Of a stretch of DNA of 64,000 bases, positions 28,620 to 37,581 are shown in pieces. Below the pieces are notes generated by a model that had not been told where the DNA came from, searched no databases, and saw only the letters and a list, made by a program, of their open reading frames with translations. The stretch comes from a virus. The DNA lies in IMG/VR virus record IMGVR_UViG_3300025121_000038, positions 1-64,000 of that record; one strand, written 5' to 3'. The translations under genes were made by a program, and so were the position numbers. The stretch's first letter is position 1, and the number at the start of each line of letters is the position of its first letter.

Positions 28620-28739
28620 TTTATCAGAGCGTAGGTCGAATTCCACTCCACCGTGTCCAGGTCTTTACCCTATTGGACCCTGTCTGCGAATGCCCGGTTC
28701 GACTCACGCATCCACCTTCACAGATTACGGTATGATAAA
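28620..28739 (-). ncRNA. Candidate pseudoknotted small RNA
   Basis: TTTATCA/TGATAAA, ACCGT/ACGGT, TCTGTGAA/TTCGCAGA, GTCCA/TGGAC, and crossing GTCGAA/TTCGAC. Confidence 0.55.
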
Positions 28740-28744
28740 ATTGT

Positions 28745-28818
28745 TGGCGGTCCCAAGGGGAATCGAACCCCTACAGTCTCGTAGACAGCGAGACATACTG
28801 CCGTTATATTATGGAACC
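28745..28818 (-). tRNA. tRNA-Asp(GTC)
   Basis: TCTCG-CTGTCTA-CGAGA, GCCA. Confidence 0.9.
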
Positions 28819-28822
28819 AAAT

Positions 28823-29267
28823 GCTACTTAAGCGTGCTTTTACGCCAAAGACCTCAAAGGGTTGATTAGGAAGTCCCAGAAATACCCCTATCCTATTACC
28901 TGTATTTCTAGTCAGACCCTCAGTTCCTCTGGTACTGTGAGGGCAATTCCTAACCCGCTACTGCTATGTTTTACAGATCTTTACCTTACGAGGGGAACTT
29001 CAGCTATTGCTAACTTACTAAACCTCCGACAAAGATCCATAACCCATCATTCACACGCCCATTCGTAGTTTAATCTTACATATTCCGGAGCACATAGAGT
29101 ATATGTTAAGGTCTTAAACCTTCAAACCTCTATGAGGGTCTCCCCGCTTATTAATTCGGATCAACAACCAAGTAAGATATCTTGATTTCGGATGCGCTTT
29201 CCTACTTTCTTCTACATTTCGGTCACTCATTAAGGGTGGACGCTTCTAATCCTACCTCTTAAGTAGC
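28823..29267 (-). ncRNA. Candidate large structured ncRNA (445 nt) between two tRNA-Asp genes
   Basis: Closed by a perfect 10-bp GCTACTTAAG/CTTAAGTAGC; starts exactly after CCA; no minus-strand ORF of 60 aa or more. Confidence 0.6.
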
Positions 29268-29341
29268 TGGCGGTCCCGAAGGGAGTCGAACCCTCAAATC
29301 TTGATAGACAATCAAGCATTTTACCGTTAAATTACGGGACC
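29268..29341 (-). tRNA. tRNA-Asp(GTC)
   Basis: CTTGA-TTGTCTA-TCAAG, GCCA. Confidence 0.9.
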
Positions 29342-29489
29342 GTTACCTGTGTAATATGCTCCTCAGGCCGGAGTTTTAAGGTTTAGATAGAGCTCCAAAG
29401 CTCTAGTTTCTTAACAGATTGAAGGTTTGGAGTCCCTCGTGTGTTAATTGACTAAAGGATCTGTCCTTGCGGTACAGTACCCTATCTAA

Positions 29490-29564
29490 TGGTGGTCTCG
29501 GAGAGGATCGAACTCTCTTCTCCAGGTTGAAAGCCAAGCGTCTTAGCCAATGGACCACGAGACC
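29490..29564 (-). tRNA. tRNA-Glu(TTC)
   Basis: CTTTCAA loop, GGTCTCG/CGAGACC-A-CCA. Confidence 0.88.
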
Positions 29565-29773
29565 AAAATTGTAAACTCACAAACAGATAATCGCATTCCC
29601 AAATGCGCGCTCTTGTAATGTAAAGAGGGGTCTTGTTCTCTTTACTTTTCGTTTACTCACTTATAACGTTCTTAAGTTGCACAAAGTTAGATGTTATTTT
29701 AAAATAAAGCGGAACAGGTGGTGCGACCCACACTCGGATCCTAGTTCACTTCGCGCTAGCTGTGACTGTCCGC

Positions 29774-29848
29774 TGGCTGGGGTAATAGGATTCGAACCTA
29801 TAATAAGAGATTCAGAGTCTCCTGGTTTGCCAATTAGCCTATACCCCA
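29774..29848 (-). tRNA. tRNA-Gln(CTG)
   Basis: GGAGA-CTCTGAA-TCTCT, TGGGGTA/TACCCCA-G-CCA. Confidence 0.9.
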
Positions 29849-29854
29849 ATTATC

Positions 29855-30214
29855 TTATGCTATAAGATGTTTACGCATCTTATCATATTCAAGGTTTAGA
29901 TACTCTATGTGTTTCTTTAGTCTTTCACAATTTTCCTCTACTAAAGAATTATAATGTCTTACACATTCTTCTTTATTGTCAAATATACATATAAATTCTG
30001 GAAATCTAGTATTATCCCACATGGGAATCTTCTTTCCAGATTTAGTTTTAATCTCTTTCAAATTTGGTTGATAAATTTGCGGCACGACAAGACATGTTAC
30101 TTCTGTAGGTTTTACATGTCTTGTCGGAGTATATTTACGTACATCAGAAAATCTATAATCACATACCCAATATGTCATACCTTCTTGAAGGGTAGTGTCT
30201 GATAAAATTTTCAA
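29855..30214 (-). CDS. Hypothetical protein (start uncertain)
   Basis: ORF between tRNAs; the called 5' part overlaps a tRNA remnant. Confidence 0.55.
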   Translation of the reverse strand: MKILSDTTLQEGMTYWVCDYRFSDVRKYTPTRHVKPTEVTCLVVPQIYQPNLKEIKTKSGKKIPMWDNTRFPEFICIFDNKEECVRHYNSLVEENCERLKKHIEYLNLEYDKMRKHLIA

Positions 30215-30232
30215 AATAATTCCTATAAATGT

Positions 30233-30301
30233 TGGATGGGGAGGAAGGATTTGAACCTTCAACCTCTTGGTGCTGAGTCTGATGTAGTGCCACTTCTGCT
30301 A
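30233..30301 (-). pseudogene. 5'-truncated tRNA remnant downstream of an HNH gene
   Basis: D-arm, T-arm GAAGG-TTCAAAT-CCTTC and CCA present; 5' acceptor strand replaced by the ORF end; anticodon stem unpaired. Confidence 0.7.
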
Positions 30302-30976
30302 TAATTTAAACAGATGTTTTCTTATAGCCGCCTCAGAAACCCCTAATCTTTTGGCAACCGTAGTTCTATTTGTTAATTTTATTTCTTCCAATAAATCTAT
30401 ATCAGATGGCCAAATTATTTTCTTTTTCTTAGGGAGACTGTTAAAACACTTTTTGCATGTTGAAGCATTCAACGTTATTGTCTTTTGACAATGTGGACAC
30501 TTATTACCAACAAAATCTGTCTTTTTCTTATTACGACCAGCAAAAGTAGGAGTTTGACTATGACAATTTGGACACAACAATCTTAAATTTTCTAACCTAT
30601 TGTCGGTATTAACCCCATTGATATGGTCAAGATGTAAAACCAAGGGTTCACCTTGCCAGATTGAACTTACCCCGCATTTCTCACACTTCTCTTGTATTAT
30701 ATTATCTCGTATCAATTTTGTTTTCAAATCACGAGGTCTAAAGTTGGAATTGTCCCGTAATGGTTCTAATTTTAGACTTTTTCTATCATTAGGTTTCTTC
30801 AAGTCTGAAAGAGACAGGTTTTCTTCAGCCATTCTATTTTTTAATGTCTGACAATTTCCACCGGCTTGTTGCAGACCATAATGTGCTAGAATTTCAGTTA
30901 AAGTCTCACAACTTAAAACAATGTTTTTAAAATTCTCAGAAGAATCTTTCCAAATTGGACTTCGTCGTTTATTCAT
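30299..30976 (-). CDS. HNH endonuclease with C-terminal HTH
   Basis: LHLDHINGVNTDNRLENLRLLCPNCHSQT; AKRLGVSEAAIRKHL; ATG directly follows a tRNA CCA. Confidence 0.88.
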   Translation of the reverse strand: MNKRRSPIWKDSSENFKNIVLSCETLTEILAHYGLQQAGGNCQTLKNRMAEENLSLSDLKKPNDRKSLKLEPLRDNSNFRPRDLKTKLIRDNIIQEKCEKCGVSSIWQGEPLVLHLDHINGVNTDNRLENLRLLCPNCHSQTPTFAGRNKKKTDFVGNKCPHCQKTITLNASTCKKCFNSLPKKKKIIWPSDIDLLEEIKLTNRTTVAKRLGVSEAAIRKHLFKL

Positions 30977-31056
30977 TGGCAGACGTGGTAGGATTCGAAC
31001 CTACATAAATGACCTGGGTTCAAAGCCCAGCGCAACGCCAATTTTGCTACACGTCT
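30977..31056 (-). tRNA. tRNA-Gln(TTG)
   Basis: CTGGG-CTTTGAA-CCCAG, GCCA. Confidence 0.88.
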
Positions 31057-31254
31057 AAAACCTTTTAAAATTACTTCAAACCTGAAATTGTGCTACTCCC
31101 CAATTATGTTGAGGTCACCTAATTTTCATGTTTGATACACCTCAAGGTCTCAAACACTAGATGGTTTCGTTATCCATCTCCATATTTGCCTTCATGTTCT
31201 CCAAAACACATCTCACATATCATTTTTTACCTTTAATTTCTTCCAAATCTTTAG

Positions 31255-31338
31255 TGGCTGTGGAGAGACTCGAACTCTCACATCCTTTCGGACCCTGGTT
31301 CTGAGCCAGGTGCGTCATACCAATTGCGCTACACAGCC
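31255..31338 (-). tRNA. tRNA-Leu(CAG), long variable arm
   Basis: CCTGG-CTCAGAA-CCAGG, GTCCGAAAGGAT arm, A73; ends CTA. Confidence 0.9.
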
Positions 31339-31342
31339 AAAT

Positions 31343-31368
31343 TGCCTCTACCGTTGGGCTACACCGGC
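31343..31368 (-). pseudogene. Orphan 5' fragment of a tRNA-Leu
   Basis: GCCGGTG-TA-GCCC-AACGGTA-GAGGC-A; D-arm like the tRNA at 33947. Confidence 0.65.
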
Positions 31369-31569
31369 ATTTTTCAAAATAACAAATTACAAATGGTTTG
31401 AAACACTAACAAAGCCATCAAATCATAAGTAACAACGTTAACAAAGACTCCATTCAAAAGTAGGTTCTCAAATGCTTCTTTTATTTTGGTCGTTTCGTTA
31501 TATAACCTTAGTTTAAGGGTTCAAGTTGATAACGAAATCTGTTTCAAGTATCTAAGATATAAAGTTTAT

Positions 31570-31646
31570 TGGTCGGAACGGCGGGATTTGAACCCACGAC
31601 CCCTACCACCCCAAGGTAGTGCTCTACCAAGCTGAGCCACGTTCCG
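31570..31646 (-). tRNA. tRNA-Pro(GGG)
   Basis: CTACC-TTGGGGT-GGTAG, CCA. Confidence 0.92.
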
Positions 31647-31722
31647 TGGTCTAGGTGACTGGATTCGAACCAGCGTGAACCTGCTTCCAACGCAGGTAGG
31701 TCAACCACTGCCTTACACCTAG
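31647..31722 (-). tRNA. tRNA-Pro(TGG)
   Basis: CCTGC-GTTGGAA-GCAGG, CCA. Confidence 0.88.
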
Positions 31723-31725
31723 ATA

Positions 31726-31929
31726 CTAATCTGTAACAGTCGAATCAATCTCGATGCGGTAATCTCCGCCGTCATAAAGATCATAGCCGAAACATTGAAA
31801 CTGCTTATAATCGATATCAAGGCTAACCTTGGAGAGATCTACATCATCCCCGTACTTGGCCTTAATTGCGTCAATAAGGTCCTGAGCGGTAACCTGGATC
31901 GAACTGCCACACATCAAAAGAGCATCCAT
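31726..31929 (-). CDS. Small acidic hypothetical protein
   Basis: AAGGA RBS, promoter motif at 31969. Confidence 0.6.
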   Translation of the reverse strand: MDALLMCGSSIQVTAQDLIDAIKAKYGDDVDLSKVSLDIDYKQFQCFGYDLYDGGDYRIEIDSTVTD

Positions 31930-32012
31930 GATAAAGTTCCTTTTTGGTTTTAAGGTTTGTTTATCGTAAACGTTCTTTCCTACAAAGAAATCAGATAAGT
32001 TCTGAAATAAAT

Positions 32013-32086
32013 TGGAGCGGATGGAGAGAATCGAACTCTCACCTTCTGCATGGCAAGCAGATACACTACCATTGTGTTACACCCGC
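32013..32086 (-). tRNA. tRNA-Gly(GCC)
   Basis: TCTGC-TTGCCAT-GCAGA, TCCA. Confidence 0.9.
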
Positions 32087-32160
32087 AAATGTGAGATGGT
32101 TACAACCAACGGCAGTGAGCTGTAGCAACGACGGGCCTACTAATTATCCGTCTCATCTCA

Positions 32161-32235
32161 TGGTCAGGGTGGCTGGGATCGAACCAGCGACCGCCTGCTT
32201 CCAAGGCAGGAAAGCTACCACTGCTCTACACCCTG
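32161..32235 (-). tRNA. tRNA-Pro(TGG)
   Basis: CCTGC-CTTGGAA-GCAGG, CCA. Confidence 0.9.
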
Positions 32236-32425
32236 ATTGCGGACACCGTGAAAACGATGTCTGAACTCCTTGTACACATGGTACATGAGCTAAAGCTTAT
32301 TATCAATCACTAATAGAAGCCATCTGTCAAGGTTTTCACAATTGAATAGATTTAGATCCTATTAGCTGAGCTAGTTGCATCCCTTATGTCCCTTAATGGG
32401 ACTCTGGTTAGCAAATAATAAGCTA

Positions 32426-32512
32426 TGGTAGCTGTGGTCGGATTCGAACCGACACGTCCATTACAGACACGGATTTTGAGTCCGCTTCGTCATGCCAATT
32501 GCGTACACAGCC
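32426..32512 (-). tRNA. tRNA-Leu(CAA), long variable arm
   Basis: GCGGA-CTCAAAA-TCCGT, long arm, ACCA. Confidence 0.88.
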
Positions 32513-32710
32513 ACAAAATTAATTGTCGAGTTTACCTTTACATCAAATCCGGTGCCACCGTAGGTTTCCCGGTTTGGTACTGGAACCACAAGAGGATTGG
32601 TTACCCCTACTTTTTCGGCTTAGTGCCTATGCCTCTAGTTGGGCTATGTGGTTTAAAATGAGGTGCAAGTTGTTAACATTTTATTCTGTCCATACACCTG
32701 TGTTTTAATA

Positions 32711-32790
32711 TGGTGGAGCACCTGGGATTTGAACCCAGCTAAATATCCGAATTGCAAGTCCGGCGACCACCCCTAGCAGTCTCGTGCCCC
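32711..32790 (-). tRNA. tRNA-Ala(TGC)
   Basis: G3:U70, CCGGA-CTTGCAA-TTCGG, CCA. Confidence 0.88.
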
Positions 32791-32812
32791 ATAAATATGT
32801 TTCTACCAAAAC

Positions 32813-32889
32813 TGGTGGCCGTGAGAAGATTTGAACTTCCACTGAACAGGCTCTCAACCTGCTTCCTCTGCCAGTTGGGATACACGGCC
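32813..32889 (-). tRNA. tRNA-Leu(GAG), short variable loop
   Basis: GCAGG-TTGAGAG-CCTGT, 5-nt variable loop TCAGT, ACCA. Confidence 0.88.
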
Positions 32890-32942
32890 AATTTGAGTGT
32901 GATGTTCACACTCGTTTCTATATTCAATTGTCAAAGATCTAA

Positions 32943-32965
32943 TGGGGTGCTATGAGAGAGTTGAA
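32943..32965 (-). repeat. Displaced tRNA-His 3' end with CCA; 21-bp direct repeat of 33650..33670
   Basis: gggtgctatgagagagttgaa is identical at both sites. Confidence 0.92.
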
Positions 32966-32996
32966 AACTAATTTTCTCTTTATAACTTACCCATTT

Positions 32997-33710
32997 ATGA
33001 TAAAAAAATTTACATATGACCAATATAACCAAGCTAAAAGTCTAGATAATCTATTACTAGAATGTCTATTTTGTAAACAAGATTTTCTATGTACAAAACG
33101 AAATATTAAGCATGCATTACTCAACTCAACAAAAGACAAACGAAAATTCTGTACATTAAAATGTAGCAAAGAATATTTAAAGTCACTAAACTTCATTATT
33201 TGTTCTTATTGTAACAATAAATCACATAGACAAAAAGCTCTTATAAATGTTGGCAATAATTTTTGTACTCAATCATGTGCGGCAAAATACAATAATGCAC
33301 ATAAAACAAAAGGTACTAGAAGATCCAAACTTGAACAATGGTTAGAAATAAAATTACTTGAACTTTATCCAGACTTAGAATTTCACTTCAATAAAACAGA
33401 TGCTATAAATGCTGAGCTTGACATATACATACCAAGTCTTAAACTGGCTTTTGAGCTAAATGGTATCTTTCATTATGAACCAATCTATGGTCAAGATAAA
33501 TTAGATAAAATTCAATCTAATGATCACAGAAAATTTCAAGCATGTATAGAACATGACATATCCCTTTGTATTATTGATACATCAAATCAACTTTATTTCA
33601 AAGAACAAACATCTAAAAAATATTTAGACATTATAACTAATATAATTGAGGGTGCTATGAGAGAGTTGAACTCTCGTATTCGGATCCACAAACCGACGTT
33701 CTACCGTTGA
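32997..33710 (+). CDS. Free-standing Zn-finger plus Vsr/DUF559-like endonuclease inserted at the tRNA-His T-loop
   Basis: Start MIKKFT parallels MIKLFT of 14508; near-identical nuclease half; C-terminus reads antisense through tRNA-His. Confidence 0.8.
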   Translation: MIKKFTYDQYNQAKSLDNLLLECLFCKQDFLCTKRNIKHALLNSTKDKRKFCTLKCSKEYLKSLNFIICSYCNNKSHRQKALINVGNNFCTQSCAAKYNNAHKTKGTRRSKLEQWLEIKLLELYPDLEFHFNKTDAINAELDIYIPSLKLAFELNGIFHYEPIYGQDKLDKIQSNDHRKFQACIEHDISLCIIDTSNQLYFKEQTSKKYLDIITNIIEGAMRELNSRIRIHKPTFYR

Positions 33711-33722
33711 ACTAATAACACC
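33651..33722 (-). tRNA. tRNA-His(GTG)
   Basis: G-1:C73, TTGTGGA loop; CCA not encoded. Confidence 0.9.
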
Positions 33723-33946
33723 ATAATTTAGAACTGATATTAACAATTACCTTGAGTTGTTAATACCTATAGCAGAGTCTAGAACTTAAGATCTGCCTCG
33801 TAGTGTTCACACCATACCATTTTTATTGGTAGAGAGGTGTCGTCCACATCTCTTTTCAGAAATGCACTCCCCTAAGTATAGGATGCAGAGTGTCAAGGGT
33901 TTCGCATCCTTAGTGTTGAAGTCAGTAGTTCCGTACCGTATCAACT

Positions 33947-34022
33947 TGGTGCCCCTCCCCGAATTCGAATCGGGACTTTACAGATTTTAAGTCTGTTGCC
34001 TCTGCCGTTGGGCTAGAAGGGC
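33947..34022 (-). tRNA. tRNA-Leu(TAA), short variable loop
   Basis: ACAGA-CTTAAAA-TCTGT, 5-nt variable loop AAAGT, ACCA. Confidence 0.88.
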
Positions 34023-34099
34023 ATATTGTCTTGCTTACTCATTATACAACATACAGGCTTATAAGTGCGAATGGTCTATAAACTTATTCAGCCTATTTT

Positions 34100-34134
34100 T
34101 GGTGGTCCTGGAGAGTATCGATCTCTCGCTACTG
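34100..34134 (-). pseudogene. Displaced 3' third of a tRNA-Glu-type gene
   Basis: CAG-TAGC-GAGAG-ATCGATA-CTCTC-CAGGACC-A-CCA; the ORF stop lies within it. Confidence 0.8.
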
Positions 34135-34818
34135 ATAATGTATCCATTTATATATCTTCTTAGACTTTATAAGAGTCACAGTACTTCTAGACACTCCGTA
34201 TTCAAAAGCTAATTCTTTATGTAATTTATCAGTATGATATATCTCTAATGCTTGTTCTTTCGTTAATTTTAAAGGTTTGCCATCTAGACCATGAGTCCAA
34301 ACATCCCCTTTTTCTGACATAATTCTATTCGTATTATACAATCCAAAACAAGACTTTGAACAAAAAGGTAGTACATTATATTTGACATCTCTAGAAAAAA
34401 TCTTTTGACAATATGTACATTTAAACTCATGTTTAGGTTTAAAATTATCATATAAAATGTGATAATTTTTTGTTCCAAATTTATTCTTTACATAATCGAA
34501 AGCGAACTGTAAATCTTTTTCACGCAAAACTATTACTGTAAAACCATGATGTTCTGCTACTTTAGTTTTTGCTTCTACCTTCGAAGGAAGTTCATACCCT
34601 TTTATTTCTATTATGGTTTTATAGTCATCAAGTAAAAAATCAGGGACATACTTCAACCCATTATTTTCTAATATGCCAGAAAATCTTGTAAAGTTAATAT
34701 TATGGTCTAAAGCATATACTACCCAACATAATTCATATGTTGACCCACAATAAATACCTTTATAATAACCATGTTTTGATCTTCCAGATCCTTTTCTATA
34801 CCCACCAATTTGTTTCAT
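34129..34818 (-). CDS. PD-(D/E)XK endonuclease with Zn-ribbon and HTH
   Basis: STYE...YVPDF...IIEIKG; CTYC..FCSKSC; LAFEYGVSRSTV; ATG abuts a tRNA CCA. Confidence 0.82.
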   Translation of the reverse strand: MKQIGGYRKGSGRSKHGYYKGIYCGSTYELCWVVYALDHNINFTRFSGILENNGLKYVPDFLLDDYKTIIEIKGYELPSKVEAKTKVAEHHGFTVIVLREKDLQFAFDYVKNKFGTKNYHILYDNFKPKHEFKCTYCQKIFSRDVKYNVLPFCSKSCFGLYNTNRIMSEKGDVWTHGLDGKPLKLTKEQALEIYHTDKLHKELAFEYGVSRSTVTLIKSKKIYKWIHYQ

Positions 34819-34892
34819 TGGTGCTCTCGGAGGGTGTCGATCCCTCGTTACCAGATTGAAAGCCTAGCGTTCTACTGTTGAACTACGAGAGA
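34819..34892 (-). tRNA. tRNA-Glu(TTC)
   Basis: CTAGG-CTTTCAA-TCTGG, ATCGACA T-loop, ACCA; 1:72 mismatch. Confidence 0.82.
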
Positions 34893-34907
34893 AAACTTTC
34901 AAAAAAC

Positions 34908-35012
34908 TAGTGAGTACGGGAGGAATCGAACCTCATTGCACCCTTGCCATCTGTAGGAATCGAACCTACAATTACAGACGTCTCTGTAGTCACCTGACTT
35001 TCATACTCACTA
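34908..35012 (-). ncRNA. tRNA-mimic RNA with two T-arms
   Basis: TAGTGAGTATG/CGTACTCACTA stem; TGTAGG-TTCGATT-CCTACA and GAGG-TTCGATT-CCTC. Confidence 0.65.
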
Positions 35013-35055
35013 AAAATGGTGGCGTTTAATGGATGCTACACGCCAAAGTCTAATC

Positions 35056-35179
35056 ATGAACATTAAGGATTCGAACCTCAGTCTCTGAAGAGCGATAAAG
35101 GCCTCCGATGGCTTCGGGATTCGAACCCTCTTTATCGACTTATAACATCAGTGCTCTCCCGTTGAGCTATTTTGTTCAT
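35056..35179 (-). ncRNA. tRNA-like RNA with a second T-arm domain nested in the anticodon arm
   Basis: D-arm GCTC-AACGGGA-GAGC, two GGTTCGAATCC loops, internal CGATAAAG/CTTTATCG stem. Confidence 0.65.
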
Positions 35180-35189
35180 TTTAAAACGC

Positions 35190-35930
35190 CCCTGCATTGT
35201 TTCAACATAGTTTCTCTCGGGTCAAGAGCTATGCTATGTGTAGATAAAACAATGCTGCATCCAACCCTGCTCTCTGTCAGTCCGGTTTCTCGTGGGTCAC
35301 AAGCTATGCCGGGTTTTACAACAATGAGCTAATACCTACTTAATAAACTCTACTGAGTGGGTTTCAACAAATGACCCTTTATGTATTTTAATACATAAAG
35401 TAGTAAAAGTTGGCCTTGTTAGGGCTCATTTACTCTACACAAATGTTTCTACCTCGTCTAACCTATTATACTACAGTTACATAACTGTAGTATACTCTAA
35501 AATATATAACATATAATAACAAAATATAAGATAAATTTGGAGGAAGTTGGTCTTATGAGGACGCGTCCTCCGTTTTTTATTAGTTGCTAACTCTTCTAAA
35601 TCTCTACAATGGGTTAGCATTCATTGTAGCGGAAGCATTACTTTCAACAAGCCCTCAGTCACTGTTACACCTTTTACAGTGTCCATCAACGCGTCCTAAA
35701 ACGCTCAGACGTACTTTATCAGTACCGTTTTAAGGGCTCTCCAGTTTTTCTTCCGTCGCTCACAAGTGCTTGTCTTTTCCCCGCGTTACTTTGCATTTCT
35801 CGCGATTATTTAAGTCAAAACACTAATTTGCTTTTTTGCCCTTTGGAAGTGGATAATGGCTCGACCCTTTCAGGTATTAGCAACTGGGTCCATTATGCCG
35901 CTTTTGTTCCGCTCTTTACTTCCATCGTTC
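35190..35930 (-). ncRNA. Long ORF-poor structured region, candidate ncRNA(s)
   Basis: About 740 nt with no minus-strand ORF of 60 aa or more, several perfect hairpins, promoter motif at 35941. Confidence 0.45.
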
Positions 35931-35999
35931 ATATAATACTAACGAACTACTATCAAAGTTAATCAGAGAGATTCTAAATTATTTTAAAATTATCCAAAA

Positions 36000-36290
36000 T
36001 CATTCAGACAAATTCTTGAACCCAGGTAAAAATCGAACCCCCACCGTCGCAACAATAGAAGGTCTCCATACCATGCCACATTTTTGACATGCATGAGTAT
36101 GATGTGCTTTTGTTTCAAACTCACCCGTATCTATATGTCTTTCGCCACATGAAGGACACCATAGCAACATCGGTATAGGCCTGGACAATACAAAGACTGC
36201 CTCTGTAAGGTCTTTTAAAGTAAACAGTACAGGGGCAGTCTTAATAGTTTCTACGCCCTCAATTATCTTGCGCAGATAGTCCTGGTTCAT
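36000..36290 (-). CDS. Zn-binding hypothetical protein coupled to tuf
   Basis: [16 protein letters not shown]; ATGA overlap. Confidence 0.6.
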   Translation of the reverse strand: MNQDYLRKIIEGVETIKTAPVLFTLKDLTEAVFVLSRPIPMLLWCPSCGERHIDTGEFETKAHHTHACQKCGMVWRPSIVATVGVRFLPGFKNLSE

Positions 36291-37480
36291 ACATTACCAA
36301 TATTAGTGATCACCCCAGCCCCAATGGTACGACTACCTTCTCTAACCGCGAAGCGAGAGTTCACCTCAAAGCCAGCTGGTTTATTCAGTTCAACCTTGAT
36401 AGTAGTACGGTCACCTGGGTTGACACACTCTAACCCTTCTGGAAGAGTGATTACCCCAGTAACATCTGTAGTACCGAAATAGAATTGAGGTCTATACCCA
36501 CTCTTGAATGGTTTCTCACGACCCCCTTCTTTTGCGGTCAAGGTATAAAACTCAGCCTCGAATTTTGCATTGCTTCTAATAGACCCAGGAGCGGCCAAAA
36601 CTTGACCTCTCCGTATCTCGTCTCTCTTAACCCCACGGAGCAACATACCGATGTTCATACCAGCAAGACCTTCCGGTACATCTTTACGGAACATCTGGAC
36701 TCCTGTAACGACTACCTTTCTGGGTTTGCCACCCTCGTCTTCGGTAAGACCTACTATCTCAACCTCGTCTCCGATCTTGACCTTACCACGGTCAATACGG
36801 CCTGTAGCTACCGTACCACGCCCAGATATTGTAACAACGTCTTCTACCGACATTCGGAACGGAGAGTCCATATCTCTAACAGGCTCTGGAATAGTATTGT
36901 CCAAAGCATCCATCAATTCTGGGATGGATCCGATCCAAGGGCTAGTCCAGTCTCCTGCATTAGCCGCTTCAAGAGCCTTAAGAGCGGATCCTCTCACGAA
37001 CTTGACATCAGTATACCCATAGCTCTCGAGGATTTCGTTTGCTTCCATTTCTACGAGAGACAAGAGCTCTTCGTCTTCACAACGATCAACTTTGTTCACG
37101 AAAACAACGATATGCTTTACCCCTACTTGAGATGCAAGCAATACGTGTTCCTTGGTTTGGGGCTCAGGTCCTTGAGATCCATCGACCAAAAGTATAGCAC
37201 CGTCCATCTGAGCAGCACCCGTGATCATGTTCTTGATGTAGTCAGCATGTCCTGGACAGTCAATATGTGCATAATGTCTGTTCTTTGTTACATACTCTAC
37301 GTGAGCGGTATTGATTGTAATACCACGAGCTTTTTCTTCAGGAGCTTTATCTATTTGATCATAGTTAAGGGCTTGCCCACCATGTTCTTTAGCCTGTATC
37401 TTTGTGATAGCTGCCGTAAGAGTGGTTTTACCATGGTCGATGTGACCTATACTTCCGACTGTTAACATTACTCTACCCAT
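36287..37480 (-). CDS. tuf: Translation elongation factor Tu
   Basis: [53 protein letters not shown]; GGAG RBS before the ATG at 37480. Confidence 0.97.
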   Translation of the reverse strand: MGRVMLTVGSIGHIDHGKTTLTAAITKIQAKEHGGQALNYDQIDKAPEEKARGITINTAHVEYVTKNRHYAHIDCPGHADYIKNMITGAAQMDGAILLVDGSQGPEPQTKEHVLLASQVGVKHIVVFVNKVDRCEDEELLSLVEMEANEILESYGYTDVKFVRGSALKALEAANAGDWTSPWIGSIPELMDALDNTIPEPVRDMDSPFRMSVEDVVTISGRGTVATGRIDRGKVKIGDEVEIVGLTEDEGGKPRKVVVTGVQMFRKDVPEGLAGMNIGMLLRGVKRDEIRRGQVLAAPGSIRSNAKFEAEFYTLTAKEGGREKPFKSGYRPQFYFGTTDVTGVITLPEGLECVNPGDRTTIKVELNKPAGFEVNSRFAVREGSRTIGAGVITNIGNV

Positions 37481-37581
37481 CTTTTTCTCCAAATTTAATT
37501 TACCACAGAACAACTAACGGATAATAACAATATTCCTTTTATGAAGTACTTCATCGAACCTAAAATTCATGGAGACTTCAT

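Noticed and set aside
31944-32955. Short ORF calls across the tRNA array (31944, 32425, 32523, 32739, 32752; also 18544, 24078, 27613, 35108)
   Set aside because: They overlap tRNA or tRNA-like genes and are chance open frames.
36485-37465. 326-aa plus-strand ORF
   Set aside because: It is the antisense shadow of tuf and has no recognisable motifs.
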